Below, piece after piece: positions 50,742 through 61,894 of a DNA stretch of 64,000 nt (its first letter is position 1; every line of letters begins with the position of its first letter). The position numbers and the translations under genes are program-made. The notes below the pieces were generated by a model. The model was not told the DNA's origin, did no database searches, and saw only the letters and a list, made by a program, of their open reading frames with translations. Source of the DNA: Octopus sinensis (Eukaryota); the NCBI RefSeq assembly GCF_006345805.1, contig NC_043010.1, positions 47,244,001-47,308,000 on the forward strand. The letters run 5' to 3'.

Positions 50742-52003
50742 TTAGGTTGTCTCATATGAAATGTCGTATTTTAAATGGGTTTCCTATGAGTCATCTATAA
50801 ATGGATTTTTAATGAGTTTCTATGTATATGCTTGTGTTTATTCCTAACTCTTTTTCTTTCTAGACAATACTATTATTCAAAATTGCTACCTACAGCTCTT
50901 ATGACAATGTTGACAACTGAACAATACTGAGTGATTTTCTTGTACGAATACAAGTTGGGTCACTCTGCCACCAAAGCTCTATGAAACATCAAACGGGCTT
51001 TTGGTAATGATTCTGTTGACATTAGAACTGTTCAGAGATGGTTCCAAAGCTTTCGTTCAGGAAATGAAAGCCTTAAAAATGAACCAAGAGGGAGACCAAA
51101 ATCAGTTATTCAGCATGATGAATTGAATGCTTTGGTTAAACAAAATCCGAGAACAACTGTCCGACAAATCGGATCAGGGCTCCAGACATCTCCCACAACT
51201 GCTTCTCAATACTTGAAGGAAATTGGAAAAGTCAAAAAGATGGATAAGTTTGTTCCCCATCAACTTAATGAGATTCAAAGAAACAGACACCTTACAGTGT
51301 GTTCCATATTGATTTCTCAGTTGGAAAGAGAACTATTTTTGCATCGACTCATTACATGTGATGAGAAATGGATACTCTTTGATGAGAGCAGGAGGACAGG
51401 GCAGTGATTAGATGCAGGAGAGTCACCAAAACACTACCCAAAACCACCAATGCACACTAAAAAGTTCATGGTCACTGTATAGTGACCAACAAAATGGGTT
51501 ATTCATTATTGATTGTTGAAACAAGGAAAAACTGTAACTGCAACATCCTATTGTCAGGTAATTGATTGTATGCATGAAAAATTAAAAAAGAAGCAATCCA
51601 GAATAGAGATGGCCCAATTTTGCTTCATGCTAATGTATGGCCTCACACTTCTCAAGCTACAGTCCACAATTGCAAAGCCTGAATTATGAAATTTTGGCAC
51701 ATCCTCCTTATTCTCCTAATATCTCTCCTACTGATTATCACATATTTAAACACTTCGAGCTTGCTATACACAATAAAACATTCTTAAATAAAGAAGAGGT
51801 AATTGAAGCATTCGAACAGTTTATCAGTGCAAAAGATGACAAATTCTTTGATGATGGAATATATGCCTTAGAGGAATGTTGGATGAAGGTCATAAATGAA
51901 CAAGGATCATATTTTGATTAAATAAATAAATATTCTAAAACTTAAAAAAACAATTTTAATGTTTCCTTTTTCAAATTCAACATTTCATGTGAGACAACTT
52001 AAT
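50742..52003 (+). mobile_element. Full-length mariner transposon (1262 bp; Hsmar1/cecropia-like), transposase pseudogene 50901-51921
   Basis: TIRs TTAGGTTGTCTCATATGAAATGT / ACATTTCATGTGAGACAACTTAA with TA on both sides. Motifs FLYEYKLGHSA, RTVQRWF, KFVPHQL, ITCDEKWIL and HPPYSPNISPTDYH. Several stops and frameshifts. Confidence 0.96.
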
Positions 52004-52557
52004 ACTTCATTTCTCGTTGCTCTGCAATGGCATTGACATCTGATGTGTGGTACACCAGGCATCTGTACAAGCAATGTTGACTAGATGGAAGGAGTGAGCT
52101 GATGAACAGCACAAACATTTTATCACTATAAACAAATCATCTGTGTAGATTGTTTTTAATAGGAAATAGTGGGATCCTTATTTATCGTTTTTGACAAACT
52201 CTGAGAGACAGCTTGAGAAGTTTTTCAGCTTCAATAAAATAAAATAATGTAGTATATGTAAGATTGCTTATGCAAACAGAACAGAAGAAATAGGACTCAA
52301 TACATAAAATAGAATGTTAATATTATTTTATTATACCTGCTAATTTACGTCAGTGACTGAAGGACTAAGATTTTGTGCAAATGCACTTATCAAACACTGA
52401 TAACTATGAGAAATGAATTGCAAGATGAAACTCTTTACCCTTGAGTCTCTGATGGAGCCAGCTATAATAAAATGTGTGGATGTGCTTGATGGACACTAGC
52501 TTAAAGATATTGTATAGTTCCAGTAATCAGTTACCCATCACATATACATACATACAC

Positions 52558-52608
<51 letters not shown>

Positions 52609-53476
52609 CATACACAGAGACATTGTGATATTATGATAGGATAAGTGTACATTAAAACATTAAAACATTTAACATTAAACAAATGCATCCATTCATCAGC
52701 AATAAAAATATATAAGTGAAATGGCAGACAGCTATTTAGGCAATGAAAGAGACTATAAAAGTATTCATTATAGACATCTAGAATAAGAAGAGTAAGAGAC
52801 AGGTCGCACACACGTGTGTATGTGTGTGTGCGTGTGTGTGTGTATGTATGAAAGTAAAGAAGGAGATTGATTTATAGAGAGTAATTAGGATAATGAGAAA
52901 TGCAGAGATTATCATAATGAAAACAGCAAAATCATAGTGTTCAGAAGAGACATTAGATTGTAAAGAGTTAGAAATTGGATAGTTCTATGCGAAAAGACAT
53001 GAATATATCATAACTAGGAAGGGATTAACAAAATTATACTCTATTTTGGCTTCCTACAACTGATGATCCACAATATGGTGAAATCATGTGATACAGTAAT
53101 GCACCTGCAAGTGCTGATGAAATTTAGTCGACTGATAGAATTTTAATGCTTTTTAGTATTTGTCATCTACATAAAATGATTTTTTGGGATGATCACTGCA
53201 GCATACAGTGTTATAAACAATGCATCCAAGTTAGGTTGGATGTGCTAATTGATATTTGTTACAAAAGCTACTTCTGTCAATAATAGCCAATTTATATACA
53301 GCCTGCCAGCTGCTTGTGACATCACTGGCTGTTTGGTCAGTGTTATTCTATATCAGTTTGACTGATGTTCAGTCTGGCATTCAGCGTTTGGTTCTCTATG
53401 ATACATTAGTGATGTCCATAGGTACTAACAAAATTCAGTCAACCGGTAGAATTTTGATGCTTTTTTAGTATTTGTC

Positions 53477-54095
53477 AGTGGTTGCATGTTAAGAAGTTTG
53501 CTTCCCAACTGTATGGTTCTCGGTTCAGTCTCACTGCTTGACACATTGGGCAAGTGTCTTCTATTATAGCCTCAGGCCAACCAAAACCTTCTGAGTGGAT
53601 TTGGTAGACAGAAACTGAAATAAGGTGGCAAGCTGGCAGAAGCATTAGCACACCGGGCGAAATGCTTAGCAGTATTTTGTCTGCCGTTACGCTCTGAGTT
53701 CGAATCCCGCTGAGGTCGACTTTGCCTTTCATCCTTTCGGGGTCGATAAATTAAGTACCAGATACGCACTGGAGTCGATTTAATCGACTTAATCTCTTTG
53801 TCTGTCCTTGTTTGTCCCCTCTATGTTTAGCCCCTTGTGGGCAATAAAGAAATAAGAAACTGAAAGAAGCCCATTGTGTGTGTGTGTGTGTGTATTTGTG
53901 CAACTGCATGTGTGTCTGTGTCTGTTCCACCGCTTGATGACCAGTGTTGGTGTGTTTACATCACTGTAACTTAGTGCTTCAGCAAAAGAGACCAATAGAG
54001 TAAGAACCAAGCTTAATGGGGTTGATTAGGTTGACTAAAATTCCTCAAGGTAGTACTCCAGTATGGCCACAGTCTAATGACTGAAAGAGATAAAA
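53477..54095 (+). mobile_element. Family B SINE with a nested family A SINE (about 53622-53854)
   Basis: 11-bp duplication agaaactgaaa at 53610-53620 and 53855-53865. Confidence 0.9.
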
Positions 54096-54514
54096 GATGT
54101 GTGTGTGTGTAATTCAAAATGTAGCCTGTCAAATCCTCTATTGGACCAAAGCAAGGCAGATCGAACGGTTATCTATTTCTAAACACAGGCAAGGTTAAGT
54201 AATGTGTTCTACCCAGTAACTCAACAGATTTGGAATTATAACTGTTTCACATCACACACATTTACATCTTTCTCAAAATGAGGTCATGATAAGTCATGAT
54301 AACCTAGACTCCACCAACACACACAATCACTACACATATCAAAAATATATGTATATGTATATATATAATCCCTTGTATTACACCTACCCTAAGATGAGAA
54401 ACAACTATAATCCTCTAAGTCGTACAAAATGCTAGACCTCATAATACCTGATGTTACGTAGGCGTCAGTTTGTGTATATCTATACAGATAGACACACACA
54501 TATGATATATAACA

Positions 54515-54571
<57 letters not shown>

Positions 54572-54805
54572 TATCACACATATGTATGTGTGTGTGTATA
54601 TTCTTGTATGTGTATATTATCATCATCATCATTTAACGTCCGCTTTCCATGCTAGCATGGGTTGGACGTTGAACGATTTGGCCGCTCAAATTGTGTTTTT
54701 TACGTGCCACCTGCACAGGAGCAGTCCAGCGGCGGCACTGGCATTGACCTTGTTCGAATGCTTTTTCACGTACCACCGGCACAAGTGCCAGTGAAGTGAT
54801 GCTGG

Positions 54806-54850
<45 letters not shown>

Positions 54851-54852
<2 letters not shown>

Positions 54853-55020
54853 CACAGGAGTGGCTGTGTAGTAAGTAGCTTGATTACCAGCAACATGGCT
54901 CCAGGTTCAGTCCCACTGTGTGGTACCTTGGGTAAGTGTCTTCTACTGCACCCTCAGGCCAACCAAGGCCTTGTGAGTGGATTTGGTAGACGGAAACTAA
55001 AAGAAGCCTGTCGTATATAC

Positions 55021-55052
<32 letters not shown>

Positions 55053-55242
55053 CTGTCCCCCCCCACCATCACTTGACAACTGATGCTGGTGTGCTTACGT
55101 CCCCGTAACTTAGCAGTTCAGCAAAAGTGTCCGATAGAATAAGTACTAGGCTTACAAAAGAATAAGTCCTGGAGTCAATTTGTTTGACTAAAAGGCAATG
55201 CTCCAGCTTGGCCTCAGTCAAATTACTGAAACAAATAAAAGA
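54851..55242 (+). mobile_element. Family B SINE, full length
   Basis: Head ggcacaggagtggctgtg to tail gaaacaaataaaaga. Confidence 0.92.
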
Positions 55243-55316
55243 ATATATATATACATATATATATAAGAATACATACATACATGTATATATAGTATATATA
55301 CATTAGAGTACATATA

Positions 55317-55708
55317 TACTCTTTTACTTGTTTCAGTCATTTGACTGCGGCCATGCCGGAGCACCGCCTTTAATCGAGCAACTCGACCCCGGGACTTATT
55401 CTTTTGTAAGCCCAGTACTTATTCTATCGGTCTCTTTTTGCCGAACCGCTAAGTGTCGGGGACATAAACACACCAGCATCGGTTGTCAAGCAATGCTAGG
55501 GGGACAAACACAGACACACAAACACACACACATATATATATACATATATACGACAGGCTTCTTTCCATCTACCAAATCCACTGACAAGGCTTTGGTCGGC
55601 CCGGGGCTATAGCAGAAGACACTTGTCCAAGATGCCACGCAGTTGGACTGAACCCGGAACCATGTGGTTGGTAAGCAAGCTACTTACCATACAGCCACTC
55701 CTGCGCCT
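55317..55708 (-). mobile_element. Family B SINE, full length and young, inverted relative to 54851-55242
   Basis: CpG-rich copy with tail tactcttttacttg and head acagccactcctgcgcct. Confidence 0.92.
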
Positions 55709-55829
55709 ATATATATATATATATATATATAATAAATAATATATAAGAACATATATATAATATATAAGAACACACACACATATATACATATATATATATA
55801 TATAATATATATATATATATAATATATAT

Positions 55830-56186
55830 ATATATGAGGAAAGTAAGAAGAATAAAAGCGAAAATGCACATTGAATATGGAAAGTAGCGATAAATAAATA
55901 CAATTATATGTACTGAGGTAGAATTAAGAGGAATTAAATTCATTATTTTGAATTGTTAAAGAGATTCAAAGTCAAACTGGTGTCATCATTGCTGTTCACT
56001 GACGTTGAATGCATTCAAAGCCAGTGAACAGCAATGATGACACCAGTTGAATTTAATTCCTCTTAATTCTACCTCAGTTCATCTAATTGTATTTATTTAT
56101 CGCTACTTTCCATAAAAAAAGCCTTTATTTTTTTTATATTCAATGTGCATTTTCGCTTTTTTTCCTTCTTACCTTCTCCATATATT
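55830..56186. repeat. Long multi-branched inverted repeat (foldback)
   Basis: Perfect 27-bp inner stem (55975-56001 / 56022-56048), a 66-bp stem with 2 mismatches (55876-55941 / 56049-56114), a 25-bp stem (55854-55878 / 56136-56160), and an imperfect outer stem. Confidence 0.92.
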
Positions 56187-57444
56187 TTCCACGTGTAGTT
56201 TCTGTTTTCTTTTTTAAATATATTTTTTTGTAACGTATATTTACCATGTAAATATGGCTAACCCCTAAGTGTGGATGCTACTGTAGATTTTAGCCCCAGG
56301 AGGACACCTCCTCCAGCTGGATATCTTTTCCTTGTTTCAGTCACTAATTTGCAGGCATGATGGGCCACTGCCTTGAACGGCTTTAAGTTCAACAAATTGA
56401 CCCAGTACTTATTTTTCAAAGCTCAGTAACTTACTGTATTGATCTCTTTTGCTGAACCACCAGGTTACAGGGGATGTAAACAAAAAAACATTGGTTGCCA
56501 ATCAGTGGCAGGGGACAATGACCATAAAAATATTCTCACACACACACACATACAATGGACTTCTTTCAGTTTCTGTTTACTCAATCTACTCACAAGGCTT
56601 CGGTCAGCCTGGGGCGATAGTAGAAGACACTTACCCAAGGTGCGAGGCAGTGGGACGGAATCTGGAGCCACATGATTGGGAAGAAAACTTTCTATCACAC
56701 AGTCACAGGCATTCAAGCTGAAAATCCAACACATCAACAGACTGTGAAAGCTTAGGATTATCATGTGTGCTGTAAATGTTTGAAGATGGCTGGGTCTGAG
56801 TTTAGGGATATTTGGTTGCTATATATAACAGCAACTACTTACAGGCCCTCTTGTTCATTTTTTTTTTGTTCTTCTTCATAAGTTACTCAGAGGTGAAGAG
56901 ACCATGTCTGAAATTTACTAAATACTTAATTAAATGATTATGAAAAGAAATTTTAATGTAATTTCTGGTACAAAGGGTCCATAGGTGAAGAGCAAACCTT
57001 TCTATGAGACTACCCTACTACATGTATTATAGTAAGACTGGAACTCAGTCAATTATGAAGATGAATGTTCTTGCTGATCCAGTCAACAGAACAGTCTGCT
57101 CTTGAAATTAACATTCAAATGGCTGAGTGCTCCACAGACACAGATATCCTTAATGTAGTTCTTAACTCATTTTTGCCAGCTTCTGGAGTAATGAGATATA
57201 AAGTGTCTTACACAATGTGCTGCCAGGAATCGAATCCAAGACTTTATGATTGTGAACTGAATACTAATAAGCCATAAGCCTTCACTATTATAGTAAGTAT
57301 TGACTAACTAATGATTAATCTAAGGGAATAGATTCCCTTAGACTGTCATCAACTTCAGTAAGGCTGGCTGCATGGCCAGATAGGAATAAGAAATAGAAAC
57401 TGCCTCACAAATCTATGTTTAATATATACATATTAAAAATAAAA

Positions 57445-57690
57445 TAGATGCGCCCTTTTAAAGCCTAGCCAGGCTCATGGGCCCCGGTTTCCATGGTGTA
57501 TGTGTTTCCCAGCTGGACGGGATGCCAGTCCATTGCAGCGTTACTCATTTTTGCCAGCTAAGTGGACTGGAGCAACGTGAAATGAAGTGTTTCGCTCAAG
57601 AACACAACACGTCGCCTGGTCCAGGAATCGAAACCACAATCTTATGATCGTGATGCTGACACCGCAACCACTAAGCCATGCGCCTCCATA
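57445..57690 (-). mobile_element. Young tRNA-headed SINE (further family)
   Basis: Minus-strand head ggaggcgcatggcttagtggttgcgg..ggtttcgattcctggacc; tail ..tttaaaagggcgcatctatt. Confidence 0.8.
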
Positions 57691-58520
57691 TATACATATT
57701 AATTAATAGGAATTAAAATAAAACCTTGCAGAAAACTAAATTTACAAAAATAAATAAACTTGTATTTTTAAAAGAAAACATCATGATAAGATAACATAAA
57801 AACATAGCAATCATTGATTTCCCCCATTTCCTATCTATTCCATCTTACCCAAAGTTACACATAAAGCTCTAATGTTCTTAGCTGAGACAGCCGATACAAC
57901 CCCACCCATTCCATCAAGGAAATATCTTTTACACAGTCAACTGAAAAGAAAAACAATAAAATAAAAGTAGGTGAAATATATTCTGGTTCATGAATGCCAC
58001 ACTGTACATATATAATCTGGTTGGTGGGGAGCATTCTTAATATATAAAAACAACTGCCGTTTTTATGTAATTATTAAATATAGAACTCAATACAAGGTAC
58101 AAAATCAAATATATAAATATATATATATTATGTGTGTGTGTGTGTGTATGTATGTACATATATATATGTGCACATACAAATGCATATATGTGCATGTGTG
58201 TAAGTATATACTTATACACATAAGTACACGTGTACACACATATAGACCTATATCTATTTGTCTACCTTTCAATCTATTTACTTAAATATATTTTTTTCAA
58301 AATGTAATCACACGTGAATCATTAGCAATTTTTTTCCTCTGTGTTCCCTTTCTATTGGACTTTCCTCTGTTGCTGAAGAAGAGCTTTGCTCGAAACATTA
58401 AACCATCTTTCTTTCCTTCCCTGAGTGTCTGATAATACTTTACATGTACCACGTCCTCATGTTGTTTTTTGGTGTTTGTTCTTCATTTTTTTTATTTACT
58501 ATATATACATACATACATAT

Positions 58521-58581
<61 letters not shown>

Positions 58582-59842
58582 ATATATATAGACATATGCA
58601 CTCACACATGCATATAAAGCATGTAAGCATAATATATATAAGAGATTGTTAAACATAATAACTAGACCCATAAGAAATCATGTTTTGTATGTATATATAT
58701 ATTTATACACACACACAAAATAAAAGATTGTCAGATATTAAATATTTATTTTAAAAATATCTAGCAACATTCACACACACAAAGGGATCCTTCAATATTT
58801 TTTATACCATTATCTTTTTAACAGCTATAGTTATAAAACCAAAAACATCAAAACATGGAAATAATTATCTTTATACATTAAAATATTTTTTCATTGCTGC
58901 TATTATTATAATATTATTCTATTATTCTAGAATAATATTATTCTAGAATAATATTATTCTATAACAATAATAATAAACACACGGCCCAAAATTTTGGTGG
59001 GAAAGGCTAGTTGATTACATCAACCCCAGTATTCAACTGGTACTTTTTTTCAACTCCAAAAGAGTGGAAAGCAAATTCAATCATCATCATCATCATCTTC
59101 GTTTAACGTCCGCTTTCCATGCTAGCATGGGTTGGACGGTTCAACTGGGGTCTGGGGAGCCTGAAGGCTGCACCAGGCCAGTCAGATCTGGCAGTGTTTC
59201 TACAGCTGGATGCCCTTCCTAACGCCAACCACTCCGAGAGTGTAGTGGGTGATTTTATGTGAACTCAGAACATAAAGATAGATGAAACGCTGCTAAGCAT
59301 TTTGTTTGGTATACTACCAATTCTGCCAGCTTGCCACCTTAGTTTCTATAATAATAATAATAATAATAATAATAAGATGGAAAACCTAAAGAAAATTATG
59401 AACACTGATCAATCTTAATTTAGTAAGTCAGTTTTAATTTTTAGTTCAAGTTTGTTCACTTAAATTACAATATTTAATTCCTCATAGAAAAGCATGAATA
59501 TTTTAGCCTCATTCTTCTAACTTTTAACTTTGTTTCTAAGTAAGGAAAGAATGAGAGAAAAACCAAAATGATTATAATAAACGAGGGAGGTGAAGCTGGC
59601 ACAGAGAGAGCAAAGTGTTTTGACTGGGGATTTAATATGTCAAATTCAGAATTCCACTGATCAGATTCCATTTGGGCCACATGTACTTTACATACTTCAA
59701 TCCTCAATAACTTATAACCCACCACCACCACCATCACCACCACCACAAACGAAAATGTTGGCTTTATGCCTAGTTGTAGCTAATCAATAAACCATAAGGA
59801 ATTATTTAAAACACAACCTTAAACAGGAGATGCCTTAATGTA

Positions 59843-59882
<40 letters not shown>

Positions 59883-61802
59883 GACACAGCTGTGTGCTTA
59901 AGCTCGCCTCATAACCATGTGGCTCCAGGTTTCATCCTACTATATGGTACCTTAGACAAATGTCTTTTACAACAGTCTTGGGTTGACTGCTGCCTTGAAA
60001 CCGAAATTTGGTACACAGAAACTGCAGAAGTCTGACATATATGCATGTGTGTGTATCTTATGTTTACACTGGTCTAAAAATCAATGTTGTTTATTTTATA
60101 TATCTTTGTGCCCTGTAATTCAGCTGCCCAACAAACAGATCGATAAAACAAGCACCAAACTGAAATATGTACTAGGAGCTGATGCGATTGACTAAAACCC
60201 CTTCATGTGCCCCCAGTTTGGTCACCATGAAACAACTGAAACCAATAAGGGAAGAATTACTATTACTGTATGAGACTTACTACTAGACTAACAAGAAAAT
60301 GTAATGATTAATGCTTCTATATAATTTAAATTAAATTCTCAAAGGAATTTACCAGCTCTTAAAAATGAAAAACCTTATATACATATCTATTAAATCAGGT
60401 ATAAGTATATGATAAAATATTTCTAATGGGGTCTACAGTAATGCGTCAGAATGCAAAATTTTTGATAAAATCATATTCTATAAAACCAAAAATATAAGAA
60501 AAGCAAAGCAAATAATTTCTGAAGAGGATGTTTTATAAGAAAATATACAAACTTCTCTCCCAACTTAAATTATTTTTATCATTGTCATCATCATCATCAT
60601 CAATTTTATTATTGTTGTTATCTTCAGCAGTAATGTACAAGTGTTAATGTTTGCCAGGATCACAATATGATTTTTATCAAGTTCCAATATTCTAGTAGAC
60701 TGAGAGTAGTAGTTTTGGTTCTCTAAATTGCCTGTCTTTATGCATCTGCATGCGAGTGCATGAGAGAGAAAGAGTGTGTGTGTGTGTGTGTGGTTCTATA
60801 AGTGCTTGCACTACCTACCTCATAGCAAAGTTTTTTTTTTTATAAATTATGAATATTTTTGCCTTCTCTTATTTCTGTGGCCTTGTTCTATTATAACTAT
60901 CCTTACTGTTTACTTTGACTTTCGGTATAAACAAATATATTTATTTCATGCACATATACACACACATAATTATTGTAAGCTACTACACTATTTTATGATT
61001 GTTTTTGTATCTGTAACTTTTTTCTTCTCAAGCAGCAAATATAGTAATCATTATTGATATTATTATTATTATTGCTGGTCAGCCTAGTGGCATTTTTTTC
61101 TGGCTTTATGTTCTGAGTTCAAATGCCACCGAGGCTAACTTTGCCTTTCAACCTTTCAGAGTTGATGAAATAAGTACTACTTTGAGCACTGGGGCCGATG
61201 TAATCGACTTGGCCCCTCCCCCAAAATTTTGGCTCTTGTGCCTATAATATAAAGGATTCTTCTTCTTATTAAGTTGATCATTAGAGTCAATGTAATTGAC
61301 TTAACCCCTTGCATAAAAAAAACTTACTGACCATGCAGCAAAACTTAAAACCATTATTATTATTATTATTATTATTTCCTCCAGCTCTTTATGTTCTACC
61401 TTCAATTCCCACTGAGATCAGCTTTGCTTTTCATCCTTTCGAAGTCATTCAAAGAAAGTACCACTCAGGTGCTGGAATCGATGTAATTGTGTTGACACCC
61501 TCCCCTCAAAATTTCTGACCTCAGGCCAAAATTATGATTATTATTTATAGTAGTAGCTGTAATAGTTTTATTACTTAGTATTACATGTTTTTCATACATT
61601 TGTAAGTTTGGTAAATTGCAGAATGACTGATATAGTTCTATAACTAAGTGTGCAAAATAGTAAATAAATAGATGCAAGGAAGCCTGCGGTGAAAAGAAAA
61701 CATCTGAATGAATTGAAAAAAAGTTAAAAGTGGATCTAATACTGAAGACAGCGAGTAATAACAGTAACAACAACAACAACAACAACAATAATACTCACTC
61801 AC

Positions 61803-61894
61803 CTTACGGCACAAGCAGTGGTAGGCAATTTTAGCAGACCTGAAGCTAGGCTTCTACACACAGCCCTTTTGATTTCAGACTCACTGCTGCTCAT
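61803..61894 (-). CDS. Candidate (alternative) first coding exon: MSSSESEIKRAVCRSLASGLLKLPTTACAV(R)
   Basis: ATG with an upstream in-frame stop and a strong donor TAAG|gtgagt. It ends in phase 2 (AG), which completes AGA with the 43515 exon. However, the peptide lacks the EHExxLxEIE..G..LR pattern expected of Sec15 exon 1. Confidence 0.35.

Noticed and set aside
58905-58965. Tandem palindromes attattctagaataat
   Set aside because: Short, low-complexity slippage product of an AAT-rich tract; no further structure.
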